From NCBI GenBank assembly GCA_039812705.1, contig JBDIBA010000003.1, positions 10,566-74,565 on the forward strand: a stretch of DNA of 64,000 nt, read 5' to 3'. Shown piece after piece: positions 9,667 to 18,717 of the stretch. This DNA is from Acidimicrobiia bacterium. GTDB lineage: Bacteria > Actinomycetota > Acidimicrobiia > Acidimicrobiales > JBBSGY01. The notes beneath the pieces are model-generated. The model saw only the letters and a program-made list of their open reading frames with translations, had not been told where the DNA came from and ran no database searches. The stretch's first letter is position 1, and each line of letters begins with the position of its first letter. Position numbers and translations under genes: made by a program.

Positions 9667-10701
9667 TCAAAAGCCTATTCCACCGCTGTCCCAGCGATTT
9701 CCTGTCTCCAAGTCATCATTTGCGCTGCTCCGGTTCCACGAGTTACCCCGCCTGGACGGAGGAATTGACGGTCGAGTCGGAATCTCACTTTCATCGACTC
9801 TCTGATCGATTTCAGACGCATCTTGTGAACTGCCGTCCTCAACCACGCGGAAACCGCCGTCTTCACCGAGGTCGGCTTTGTCCACTGGAGCGTCCATCCC
9901 CGGTCCTCGCTCCGCCCCACTCTCTGGAACGGAATCCTGAGGCCCAAAGCCCATCGACTCGCGCAAGCTCTTGCCGTTAACGGTCAAGTTCTGAGTGCCG
10001 TGTGCGACGAGCCAGAAGTCACCCTCGACATCGACCTTGCCATTGTCTGAGGTCATTGTGCTCAACTTGGGTTTGACTGCCGTTTTCGAGCTCGGCGGCG
10101 CGGCCTTAACGCTCACTCTTGAACTACCAGATGAAATGATGATGGCCCCATCACGCACACCAGAGACGTTCGTTTCCCCGTGTTCTTGCTTAATCACCAC
10201 ATCGTCCGCATTGACGTCCAAGTGACTACACGCAATTCCCTCAAAACGGGCATCTCTTGGAAAGGTCACGTACACCAATGACCTGGACTGTGAATCCTGG
10301 GCAGCGCTTACCTCTTGCGAATGCCGCGTGACATCTTGGATGCCGTCACGAATCGGGGCGCCCGTGCCAGCGTCCAACCACCCTCGAATTTGCCAACCAA
10401 CCCCTTCGACCATTTCGGCGTCAAACTTCTGCTGGTTTCCGCCGACCAAACGCCGGACTACGACATGAGGATCGGAGTCGTCTCGCTGATGGACGCTGAC
10501 ATGATCGTCAAGACCGCTCAGGCTTAGCCTGAGCGGCTCGTGTGACTTGGTTCGCTCGGTTGACTTACGCCTAAACAGATCAGACAACGATGCTTTTGGT
10601 CGAGGGTTGCCCAGCTTTATGACCTCAACCCGGTGGTCCTCCGACCAATTCACTGGTCGTGCCGGTACATAGTCCTTTGGGCCTTCTGACATAAGGCCCA
10701 T
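9667..10701 (-). CDS. Hypothetical beta-rich protein, paralogue 1 of 3, with an acidic disordered C-terminus
   Basis: Shares VxVxFPRDAR..C..L..N.DDVVI.Q..G and G..NLTVNGKSL blocks with 10748..11431. No TM segment or signal peptide seen. Confidence 0.6.
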   Translation of the reverse strand: MGLMSEGPKDYVPARPVNWSEDHRVEVIKLGNPRPKASLSDLFRRKSTERTKSHEPLRLSLSGLDDHVSVHQRDDSDPHVVVRRLVGGNQQKFDAEMVEGVGWQIRGWLDAGTGAPIRDGIQDVTRHSQEVSAAQDSQSRSLVYVTFPRDARFEGIACSHLDVNADDVVIKQEHGETNVSGVRDGAIIISSGSSRVSVKAAPPSSKTAVKPKLSTMTSDNGKVDVEGDFWLVAHGTQNLTVNGKSLRESMGFGPQDSVPESGAERGPGMDAPVDKADLGEDGGFRVVEDGSSQDASEIDQRVDESEIPTRPSIPPSRRGNSWNRSSANDDLETGNRWDSGGIGF

Positions 10702-10747
10702 TGCACCACGGTCAACTGGCGCAATCCCACTTCAGCCGCCTTGGGCA

Positions 10748-11431
10748 TTAACGGCCAAAATCACCCGGAAGGTCTGGTCGGGCGTTGACTGGGCGGCCCG
10801 TAGACAAGGCACCCAAGTCCTTGCCATTGAAAGTGACGTTGCCGGTTCCCTCCAGTTGGATGACATCGGCAGTACCACTCACTGCAATCAGGCCGTCATC
10901 GAACGTTCTCAGTGTTGCAATACCGAGACCGACATTTTCAAGCGATGCCGTGGCCGCACGATCCGCTGTTACCTTCACGGGACCAGAAAGACCGTCAACT
11001 CGTAGCTTCGAGCCGCCACTCAGATTGATGTCCACATCGTTGGCGGGAAAGTCACGCTCACTCAGGATCTTCACTCCGGCACCCCCGGAAGCAAACACCT
11101 TGGCTTTCATCGGTCTATGGACCGTTACGTGGCCACCCTTTTGAAACACCGTGACGTCATCGACATCTGTCACCAATCCGCGACACCCAAAACTGAGCAA
11201 CTTTGCATCTCGGGGAACTGAAATCCTTACCATTGGAGGCTGATGATCAAAGTCCTCTTGCGACAACGTTGGGTACTGTGCCGCGTTTTGGTAGCGCCGA
11301 CTGGTTGCTTGAATACATTCAACCCAGATGCCCGTATCTGTTCGTCTCAGCTGTATATCGCTAGTAGATAGCCCCGACTCCCGACGGACGTCTACGCGAA
11401 CCCCGTCTTCTTCATGAACAACAACTTCCAC
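10748..11431 (-). CDS. Hypothetical beta-rich (solenoid / DUF4097-like by eye) protein, paralogue 2 of 3
   Basis: VRISVPRDAK...C...DVDDVTVFQKGGHVTVH, followed by periodic short G-x-V-x-V type strands and GNVTFNGKDL. 227 aa. Confidence 0.6.
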   Translation of the reverse strand: MEVVVHEEDGVRVDVRRESGLSTSDIQLRRTDTGIWVECIQATSRRYQNAAQYPTLSQEDFDHQPPMVRISVPRDAKLLSFGCRGLVTDVDDVTVFQKGGHVTVHRPMKAKVFASGGAGVKILSERDFPANDVDINLSGGSKLRVDGLSGPVKVTADRAATASLENVGLGIATLRTFDDGLIAVSGTADVIQLEGTGNVTFNGKDLGALSTGRPVNARPDLPGDFGR

Positions 11432-11553
11432 TTTTACGTCGAACCCCTGAACAGTCAGCGTTCTCTGTCACGAGCTTTGACTTTGTGATTGCGGGGACAT
11501 GGAATCAATTGCACCATGACGGCTCGATTAATCCCACTCATGGGCACATACGC

Positions 11554-12285
11554 CTACATGCTGAGGCCTCGGCCGAAATTGTCTCCGTTGTCAAGATCGA
11601 TTTGATCCTCAAAGAACCTCGGGCTCGTGTCCGGATCAAAGCCAAGTTTGAACTCGTCCAGGTTCGTACGAATCTCGGGGTCTACAAGGCGAAACGTTCC
11701 ATCGGGAAGCGTTCCTTCCACGCGACCAGGATGGTCAGCGACCACTTCAAAAGTCGGTTTAGTTTCCTGCCCAGACTGCGGGGCCTTCAACCGCAGCGTC
11801 GTCGGTGAATGAACAACGGTGAACCCGCCACTAGTTACGACCGTTACGTCATCGGCAGCAACTGAAGCGTTGTCGCAGTTGTCCACACGAACGGCCGCAC
11901 CGTCCGGAGTCATTACATGAAACCCACTCTCGCGATATTTCCGCAGCGCCTCAGAACCATCTACAGCCTCTATCTCGAGCTCTGGATCATCCAGGTCTCC
12001 ACCGCAACGACGGGGCCCAATGCCTACTCCTTCGGGCGGCCAAGAAACATGGTTGACGCTTGTAAACACATCCTGCGAGATTGGAGCCGTCACCTCAACC
12101 GCATCGGGTTCAGATTGAGGTCCGCCTTCAGTTACCTCAACTGGAACCGTTTGATCTCTAACGGTCACGACATTTAGCGGTCCGCGCTTGTCTACTGCAG
12201 GGTTCTGTAAAACAAACCTCTTGACGGGTGAAGATGAATCCGTGTCGGCTTGATCGTCGCTCATAGGCCGCTCACCGTCACACAA
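11554..12285 (-). CDS. Hypothetical protein, paralogue 3 of 3 (more diverged)
   Basis: Contains ADDVTVVTSGGFTVVH, matching the DDVTV..GGh.TVH core of the two downstream genes. Acidic N-terminus. Confidence 0.5.
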   Translation of the reverse strand: MCDGERPMSDDQADTDSSSPVKRFVLQNPAVDKRGPLNVVTVRDQTVPVEVTEGGPQSEPDAVEVTAPISQDVFTSVNHVSWPPEGVGIGPRRCGGDLDDPELEIEAVDGSEALRKYRESGFHVMTPDGAAVRVDNCDNASVAADDVTVVTSGGFTVVHSPTTLRLKAPQSGQETKPTFEVVADHPGRVEGTLPDGTFRLVDPEIRTNLDEFKLGFDPDTSPRFFEDQIDLDNGDNFGRGLSM

Positions 12286-12331
12286 ACAGTTAGTCAGTTG
12301 CTAATCGAGGCAGATGCGCGGATCGCGAGCA

Positions 12332-13117
12332 CTACTTACCTGTTTCGCGCGCCATGAACTCGTTGATGTCTTTCCATGAGTTGAGGAACTGGCTTGGAAA
12401 GACAATCGTGGAGTTCTTCTCGGCCGCAATCTCGCCAAGTACTTGAAGGTTTCGCAGCTGCAGCGCAATTGGGTGCTGGGCAATGATGTCTGCAGCGTTA
12501 CCCAACTTCTCGGCGCTCAACTGCTCACCCTCGGCCGCAATGACCTTGCCGCGCTTTTCGCGTTCAGCCTCTGCCTGCTTAGCCATGGCTCGCTGCATTG
12601 TCTCTGGCAACCGAATGTCCTTTAGCTCAACAACGGTTACCTGGGCGCCCCACTCTTCGGTTTGACGATCAAGGATGACCTTGACGCCGGCGTTGATCTG
12701 ATCCGTTTGACTCAAAACGTCGTCAAGCGGCGACTGACCAACGATGTTGCGCACGGTTGTCTGCGCGATCTGATTGATGGCCGCATTGATGTCTTCAATC
12801 GCCACCAATGAACGAATGGGATCAACAATGCGAAAGTACGCAACGGCGGCGACATCAATAGAAACGTTGTCCTGCGTAATGATCTGTTGACTTGGCACAG
12901 GCATGGTTCTGGTTTGCATGTTGACCTTCACCAGACGTCCAACAAATGGCATTACCCAACACGGCCCGGGACCGCGGACGCGCGAGTGAACTCGACCAAG
13001 TCGAAAGATTACGCCTCGTTCGTATTGTTGAATGACACGAAAACCCGACAGCGAAACGGCAGCCACTACGCAAAGCCCGACTGGCAGAAGAGCCAGAACA
13101 CCAACCAACAGTTCCAT
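12332..13117 (-). CDS. SPFH/band-7 (stomatin/slipin-like) membrane-scaffold protein
   Basis: N-terminal TM helix, then VIQQYERGVIFRLGR, a PSQQIITQDNV...VYFRI core and an Ala/Glu-rich coiled coil MAKQAEAEREKR. Confidence 0.9.
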   Translation of the reverse strand: MELLVGVLALLPVGLCVVAAVSLSGFRVIQQYERGVIFRLGRVHSRVRGPGPCWVMPFVGRLVKVNMQTRTMPVPSQQIITQDNVSIDVAAVAYFRIVDPIRSLVAIEDINAAINQIAQTTVRNIVGQSPLDDVLSQTDQINAGVKVILDRQTEEWGAQVTVVELKDIRLPETMQRAMAKQAEAEREKRGKVIAAEGEQLSAEKLGNAADIIAQHPIALQLRNLQVLGEIAAEKNSTIVFPSQFLNSWKDINEFMARETGK

Positions 13118-13150
13118 TTATCGACCTTGCCTCTCAAAGCTTCTACTTGG

Positions 13151-13195
13151 CCAAAAGAATAAGCCCGCCCACTTCAAACAAGTGGACGGGCTTAT
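13151..13195 (-). terminator. Rho-independent terminator downstream of the catalase gene
   Basis: 13159-13195 forms a GC-rich hairpin (AAGCCCG.CCACTT / AAGTGG.CGGGCTT, one mismatch). On the - strand it is followed by TTCTTTT. Confidence 0.6.
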
Positions 13196-13217
13196 CTTGC
13201 TACTTACCAAGCGGCGA

Positions 13218-14870
13218 TTAAGCGAGCTTGTTCCTTTGGTTGTCGACGCAGTGGGTCATTTGCTTGCCCTGAACGTCACGAGGACCGTTCTGGCCAAGGT
13301 TTGCAAGACGCTTCTCGTCTTCTTCGGTGAGGTTCTGGTTGCGAAGTGGCTGCATCCCCTGAATGTCATTCAGTGAAACACCAATGCCATCACCGACTCG
13401 CTGGCCGAGTTCGTCATCGACTAGGTAAAAGTGCCAAACCATGCGCTCTTGGACGTTGCGCGCGGCCTGACCAATCAGGTCGATGAAGTTTGCAACAAGA
13501 TCATCGCGTTCCCACTGCTGCATAAGGCGAAAACGCTCGCCTGCTTGCTTGTAGTCATTAGTGCGTGGCAAGCGCGCGCGGGTGAGACGGCCTTCAATGA
13601 CCGGACCCTGCTCATCGTGCGTTGGGTAGTCGGCCTCGCGCAATCCGCCGGTGATAGACGGTTCGTAATTGACGTGAGGGTTGTCGCCCATTGCATCAAC
13701 ATGCATTGCCATTTGACCATCACGCTGATTTGTTGCGACGCGCGCATTCTTTGGTTGGTTCACCGGCAACTGCAAATAGTTTGGTCCAACGCGGTAACGC
13801 TGCGTGTCGGAGTACGAAAACGTGCGACCAACAAGCATCTTGTCGTCAGAAAAGTCCAAACCATCAACAAGCACGCCGGTTCCAAACGCAATTTGCTCGG
13901 ACTCCGCAAAGAAATTGTCGGGAACCTTGTTCAGAACAATCTTTCCAATTGGCTTTGCCGGAAACTGGTCTTCGGGCCAGGTCTTGGTGTCATCGAGTGG
14001 ATCGAAATCAAGTTCCGGGTGTTCGTTGTCGTCCATCATCTGCACGCGCAATTCCCATTCAGGGAAGTCGCCGTTTTCAATGGAGTCGTAAAGGTCTTTC
14101 GTAGCGTGTCCAACGTCTTGGCCCTGCTGCACCGCGGCATCGGCTTCGGTCATTGAACTGACGCCGGCCTTTGGAACGAAGTGGTACTTCACAAGCTTTG
14201 TTTCACCTGACGCATTGACCCACTTGTAGGTGTTAACGCCGAAGCCTTCTTGCGTGCGGTAGTTAGCCGGAATGCCACGCGGGCTGAACAAGTTGACCAG
14301 CATGTGCATTGACTCTGGCGTTTGGCTCATGAAGTCAAAAATGCGTGCAGGGTCTTGCCTAAAGGTGATGGGGTCTGGCTTTAGAGAGTGAATGACATCT
14401 GGAAACTTGATGGCGTCGCGAATGAAAAACACGGCCAGGTTGTTTCCAACCAAGTCCCAGTTGCCGTCTTCTGTGTAGAACTTGACTGCAAACCCGCGAG
14501 GGTCACGAGCAGACTCGCTGGAGTCACGTCCACCAATCACGGTTGAAAAGCGAAGTGCAATGTCGCTCTTCTTTCCCTTGCTTTGGAAAAGCTTTGCGCG
14601 TGTGAAGTTGGCAATCGGCTCATCGCCCCACTGACCGGTGGCCTCGAAATAGCCCATGGCAGTAACGCCGCGAGCGTGAACTACGCGCTCTGGAATGCGC
14701 TCACGATCAAAGTGACTGATCTTCTCGAGGAACTGGTAGTTCTCAAGAGTTGCCGGGCCGCGCGCGCCAACGGTGCGCTGGTTTTGGTTGTCGTAGACAG
14801 CGTGACCTTGACGGTTGGTCAAAACCTCGCGATTGTCGTTTGACGGATTCTGACGCGCATTGCCTGCCAT
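13218..14870 (-). CDS. katA: Monofunctional haem catalase
   Basis: [15 protein letters not shown] (distal His), [14 protein letters not shown], and RxFSYxDTQRYR with the proximal Tyr. 550 aa. Confidence 0.95.
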   Translation of the reverse strand: MAGNARQNPSNDNREVLTNRQGHAVYDNQNQRTVGARGPATLENYQFLEKISHFDRERIPERVVHARGVTAMGYFEATGQWGDEPIANFTRAKLFQSKGKKSDIALRFSTVIGGRDSSESARDPRGFAVKFYTEDGNWDLVGNNLAVFFIRDAIKFPDVIHSLKPDPITFRQDPARIFDFMSQTPESMHMLVNLFSPRGIPANYRTQEGFGVNTYKWVNASGETKLVKYHFVPKAGVSSMTEADAAVQQGQDVGHATKDLYDSIENGDFPEWELRVQMMDDNEHPELDFDPLDDTKTWPEDQFPAKPIGKIVLNKVPDNFFAESEQIAFGTGVLVDGLDFSDDKMLVGRTFSYSDTQRYRVGPNYLQLPVNQPKNARVATNQRDGQMAMHVDAMGDNPHVNYEPSITGGLREADYPTHDEQGPVIEGRLTRARLPRTNDYKQAGERFRLMQQWERDDLVANFIDLIGQAARNVQERMVWHFYLVDDELGQRVGDGIGVSLNDIQGMQPLRNQNLTEEDEKRLANLGQNGPRDVQGKQMTHCVDNQRNKLA

Positions 14871-14972
14871 GTTTCTCCCCTGTTGACTTGCTTTCGAGCA
14901 ACCAAGACCCTATGTGCTTTGAATCGCTAGGTCGACCCCTTTACTCATCAAAGTCATGGCAAAAAGGGGGTT

Positions 14973-15695
14973 CTAGTTGAACATTCCACCTGGATTCTCA
15001 TTGAGCAGCGGATCAATTGCTTCGTCAACATCAACAAACGGGCCATCTTGGGGCAGGGCGTCTGGCTGAATTGCCACAACCACGCCATATTCAACAGTTA
15101 CCGACGCAACCTGTGTCACAAATTCATTACTCATGCCCAAAACCGAGCCTGCTTCAAGAACGCCATCCGTTAATGCGTATTTGAGTCCACTTGTGGTGAT
15201 TCCCGTTGCATCACCACTAACAGCAAGCAGCGATACGAAAGAACCCGGTTCGCCGGTGAGTTGACGCTCTCCGCGCACAACGGTCATCACACAGGTTCCA
15301 CCGATGTAACGCAGTTCCACTCCTGCATACTTCCTTGACGTCATCAACATGACATTTCCGAGCCAGTGATCAAAGCGACCGCCTGCGCCTCCAATGACGG
15401 TGACTACGTCTGGGGTGAGCGCAACTGCCCGGTCCAACGCCAGCTCCAAGTCGGTCTCGTCCTTCTCGGACGGGAAGCGCTCGATCTTTGCACCGAGGCC
15501 CTCTGCTTCATGTATCTCAGCCGGTGACACCGAGTCCATGTCACCAACAACCAAATCGACACGCACATCGAGTACCAGTGCTTGATGCAACCCAGAGTCC
15601 GCGGCGATCGCAAAGTCGTGTCGCGGAACGTCCGCGGGCATCACTTCGCCAAGCTCTCCACCCGCAAAAACAACAATATGAAGTTTGTCAGTCAT
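14973..15695 (-). CDS. Thiamine pyrophosphokinase (thiamine diphosphokinase)
   Basis: Has VVFAGGE, AADSG and the catalytic VVGDMDS motif, plus a C-terminal thiamine-binding beta domain (SGLKYAL). Overlaps the upstream HAD gene by 4 nt and lies under a TPP riboswitch. Confidence 0.8.
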   Translation of the reverse strand: MTDKLHIVVFAGGELGEVMPADVPRHDFAIAADSGLHQALVLDVRVDLVVGDMDSVSPAEIHEAEGLGAKIERFPSEKDETDLELALDRAVALTPDVVTVIGGAGGRFDHWLGNVMLMTSRKYAGVELRYIGGTCVMTVVRGERQLTGEPGSFVSLLAVSGDATGITTSGLKYALTDGVLEAGSVLGMSNEFVTQVASVTVEYGVVVAIQPDALPQDGPFVDVDEAIDPLLNENPGGMFN

Positions 15696-16393
15696 AACCC
15701 GCTCAATACTGGCGCGATTTGACGGGTAGATCGAACAGATACTTGGTGAAGTTTGTCCAACGTCACCTCACTCATCGAGGAAAACATCGCAACCGCGTTG
15801 TCGACAAAACCCGGATCTGTTTGCGATGGAATCAAGACTGCTGGAATGCGCGCGTGCTTGAGCGCTTGCACGCCTCGGCGCGAATCTTCAATTCCGAGTG
15901 CTTCATGTGGATCAACCCCAACTGATTGCAAGGCAAGGTGATGAATGTCGGGTTTTGGTTTTCCGTTTCCGCGTCCAACGTCATCAATCGTCAGCACGTG
16001 ATCAAACATGGATCGATGGTGTGGCATTAATACATCGCTCACCCAAGCCCGCGAGCCATTTGTGGCGATCGCCAGTTGCAATCCTTCCTCTTTGCATTCA
16101 TTGAGCAAGTCATGAACGCCGGGCATCAAGCCCCGCTCTCGAATGTCAGCCATCACCTCGCTACGAACTCGCTCAACTAGAACGCGGTCCAAGAAAACTT
16201 GATGGTTGTCATGCAAGTGTTGCGCCGGATGCCGGTCATTGGTCATCAGATGGCGCCAGGTGTCATAACCAAGCTCAAAGCCATGCGTTGAATAGATTTC
16301 TCGCCACGCGTAGAACCACGGGGTTTCCGTCTCGACGCAGGTGTTGTCCAAGTCAAAGATCGCGACCTTCAGCCGCGACTTGTCGCTTTGCAT
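15692..16393 (-). CDS. HAD-superfamily hydrolase, candidate thiamine-monophosphate phosphatase
   Basis: HAD motif I, IFDLDNT, then motif II ATNG and motif IV EDSRRG. This is the first gene downstream of the TPP riboswitch. The substrate is inferred from context only. Confidence 0.75.
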   Translation of the reverse strand: MQSDKSRLKVAIFDLDNTCVETETPWFYAWREIYSTHGFELGYDTWRHLMTNDRHPAQHLHDNHQVFLDRVLVERVRSEVMADIRERGLMPGVHDLLNECKEEGLQLAIATNGSRAWVSDVLMPHHRSMFDHVLTIDDVGRGNGKPKPDIHHLALQSVGVDPHEALGIEDSRRGVQALKHARIPAVLIPSQTDPGFVDNAVAMFSSMSEVTLDKLHQVSVRSTRQIAPVLSGL

Positions 16394-16485
16394 TCTTCCT
16401 CCGCTGGCATTACCCAGATCAGGTAGCGGGTCGACGGTTTAGAACCGTCCTCTCAGCCTGATGAATCAAGCTCCCCGGTTGTCTT
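16394..16485 (-). promoter_or_regulatory. TPP (THI-box) riboswitch
   Basis: The - strand reads CCGGGGAGC..CAGGCUGAGAGG..ACCC..ACCUGAUCUGGGUAAUGCCAGCGGAGGAAGAAUG. All conserved THI-box cores are present, and the 3' end runs into the GGAGG Shine-Dalgarno of the ATG at 16393. Confidence 0.9.
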
Positions 16486-16516
16486 GTATGACTTGTGAAG
16501 TTAGTCCGCTCGCGGT

Positions 16517-17548
16517 CTAGCCGTGCGAGGAAGTGTGACCCTCGAACACCGCTGCACGAACACCACATGTCGAAAGGTCTTTAAGAAACGCTGCCGTATC
16601 GTCGACCAAGACGCCGAGTGATCCAGCACCCGAACGCGCATATGCCACGCGTACGGCCCAGATTCCGGCGACGGCTGCAACTGTTCCAGCCGCAACCGCT
16701 GGACGATCAAGCGCGCCATACACACGAGTTTCTGCGCGGCCTTCGTGAGTTCCTCGCAGTTCGACACGAACAGCACCGAGCAAGCCTTCTGGATGAGGTT
16801 TGCGCAACATTGGCAGCCACTTCGTCGAACGGTCTCGTCGTGTTGCAGCAAGCCGAGCTGTAATGCGAGAGGCCTGTGGGAAAGCGTCGTGCAGCAACAA
16901 GGGTTCAGGCAAAGAGGCTTGGTAACAGTCGAGTCCGCCAACGGGGTCGGGAAACCAAAACAATTCGCGACCCGAACCACCTCGCGCGGTTACCCATTCC
17001 CCATCGACGCGATTCAGTGCATCGTTTCGCAAGCTGCGGTGGTGTTGGCGCGCGCAACTTGGACCACCCGTACCCATTCGTGCCACATGAACCTCGTCAA
17101 CGCGGTCCATCTTGCGAACACCATGCTTTGCAAGAACGCAAGAAAAGCCGGGGGAAAACGCTGCCCCGACAATCATTGACTTGTTCATTTCATGTGCAAT
17201 CGAGTCAAGCGCAATCAGGTCTTCAACAACGTCAACGTCGTCTGAAGTCGAAACAACATGGGCGCCACTACGTAGTGCGGCTTCGGCGAATGCCTCATGG
17301 TCGTCTTCTGCACTCAGAATCACAAGATCACAGCCGTCAACTACATCGAAAAAGTTCGCCAACCGGGTCTCAGTGCGTTGACCGGGGATCTTCACAACGC
17401 GAGCAGGTGAGCCGTACGACAAAACGGCGTTGTCAGCCACGGTCTGATCGGTTTCAACAATGATCAGATCCTCAACTGCAGCATTGGAAAGCAATTGACG
17501 CCCTGCTCGTGCACCCGTAGCGCCGGCTCCGTAGAGAAGTACCTTCAT
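16517..17548 (-). CDS. Saccharopine dehydrogenase-like NAD(P)-binding protein
   Basis: Rossmann N-terminus MKVLLYGAGATGARAG. I place the start at the internal Met (17548) because an upstream small ORF stops with a TGATG overlap there. The track ORF extends to 17581. Confidence 0.65.
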   Translation of the reverse strand: MKVLLYGAGATGARAGRQLLSNAAVEDLIIVETDQTVADNAVLSYGSPARVVKIPGQRTETRLANFFDVVDGCDLVILSAEDDHEAFAEAALRSGAHVVSTSDDVDVVEDLIALDSIAHEMNKSMIVGAAFSPGFSCVLAKHGVRKMDRVDEVHVARMGTGGPSCARQHHRSLRNDALNRVDGEWVTARGGSGRELFWFPDPVGGLDCYQASLPEPLLLHDAFPQASRITARLAATRRDRSTKWLPMLRKPHPEGLLGAVRVELRGTHEGRAETRVYGALDRPAVAAGTVAAVAGIWAVRVAYARSGAGSLGVLVDDTAAFLKDLSTCGVRAAVFEGHTSSHG

Positions 17549-17694
17549 CAGTCGAAATCGGGCCCGGAAAGCTCGCGCCAACCGCCGTCACTCGTAGGCA
17601 CTTCAGACTCGGAGTTCACACGTAGGTAGGCGGCCACCACACTTGCAATTCCCAAGGCCACAACTGTGCGGCGAATTGCGGAGATCATTGACAT
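17548..17694 (-). CDS. Small (48 aa) single-TM protein, translationally coupled to the downstream dehydrogenase-like gene
   Basis: Translates as MSMISAIRRTVVALGIASVVAAYLRVNSESEVPTSDGGWRELSGPDFD*. Its TGA overlaps the ATG of the next gene by 1 nt. It is below the 60-aa cut-off of the track. Confidence 0.4.
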   Translation of the reverse strand: MSMISAIRRTVVALGIASVVAAYLRVNSESEVPTSDGGWRELSGPDFD

Positions 17695-17820
17695 GACTAC
17701 AAACTACGCCCAGTCGAACTCGACGTATTCGTTTTCACAACGTGCGGCTTCGAGGACCAGACCGCGGTTGAGCAAGCTCTATTCAATCTGCGCTTCGCTA
17801 GCGGCCGTAGCGCTCTACGT

Positions 17821-18072
17821 TTGCGGCCCATGGGCAATACGAACCAAGAGCTACTGACTGCTGAAGAACATGATCTCGTTGATGATGCAGGTCGTCTGTA
17901 CACAAGAATTACTGAATCCTTTGGTGATGGAAAACACAAAGAAATCGACCTGATCGAGATTCGATTGCACATCCATGCCATTCAGCACGCAATCATGGCC
18001 AACGCGGCAGCAAGGGCATATCCAGACCGATACCGTCTTCGTGGTCAGGCCGGAGCATACGAGGCGAAGTAG
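17821..18072 (+). CDS. Hypothetical small helical protein
   Basis: 83-codon ORF (an ATG alternative exists at 17830) in an otherwise unexplained 590-bp gap. No recognisable motif. Confidence 0.3.
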   Translation: MRPMGNTNQELLTAEEHDLVDDAGRLYTRITESFGDGKHKEIDLIEIRLHIHAIQHAIMANAAARAYPDRYRLRGQAGAYEAK

Positions 18073-18173
18073 TTCTGGAGTCTGCTGTGCTCAACAATGA
18101 CCGCCCGTTGGGCCGAGCTGGGCAACAAGAGCTCGGCGACCTGCACGCGGCGAACACGCCGACAACGAGTGGG

Positions 18174-18247
18174 TGGGGCTAGGAAGAATCGAACTTCCGA
18201 CCTCAGCATTATCAGTGCTGCGCTCTAACCGACTGAGCTATAGCCCC
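18174..18247 (-). tRNA. tRNA-Ile (anticodon GAT)
   Basis: Reverse complement is GGGGCTATAGCTCAGTCGGTTAGAGCGCAGCACTGATAATGCTGAGGTCGGAAGTTCGATTCTTCCTAGCCCCA. It is a 74-nt cloverleaf with anticodon loop CTGATAA. Confidence 0.95.
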
Positions 18248-18299
18248 AAGGACCGCCCGATGGTAACCGAACCTTGGAGGGTGCGCGACGCGACTTTCA

Positions 18300-18647
18300 T
18301 CAACTTTGCGGAACTTCGAGATGTTCGAGTCTGTTTCGCGCAGCGCGGGCGGATACGACGTGGCGACCAATGGAGGCCTGGACTGTTACGTCGAAGGAGC
18401 CATCGGAACGGATCTCAACCAAGTTTGCCCCGTTTGCGGCGGCAGCCTGCCTCGCTGCCGCTTCTCCCCCGCTTACGCCAGCCAACGCAGCCGCGTCGGC
18501 CGCAATCTGGGCGCGCGCCCTGCCGGACAAGTCGTTTGTCAACAGCGCCAAGCCCCAAAATGAGCCGACAAGCAACAACATGATCAGGCCGGTAATGGGC
18601 AGGATTGACCCAGATTCGGACCTCGCAAAAACGGACATTGAAAGCAC
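18300..18647 (-). CDS. TadE-like (Rv3654c/TIGR03816-like) pilus-assembly-associated small protein, orphan
   Basis: N-terminal SESGSILPITGLIMLLLVG hydrophobic segment, then RARAQIAADAAALAGV...AAAANGANLVEI...V.V, which matches that family's pattern. No other tad/flp genes are in the window. Confidence 0.55.
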   Translation of the reverse strand: MLSMSVFARSESGSILPITGLIMLLLVGSFWGLALLTNDLSGRARAQIAADAAALAGVSGGEAAARQAAAANGANLVEIRSDGSFDVTVQASIGRHVVSARAARNRLEHLEVPQS

Positions 18648-18717
18648 CCTTCTTGTGCAAATAAAGGCCGTTTCCAGCGAGACCGTTTTAGTAGTCGGTG
18701 GCTACTGACTCAGAGAA

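Noticed and set aside
9490-18300. Genomic island or prophage remnant integrated at tRNA-Ala or tRNA-Ile
   Set aside because: There is no integrase, recombinase or phage gene. I noticed no direct repeat of either tRNA 3' end. The content is housekeeping-like (catalase, TPK, SPFH).
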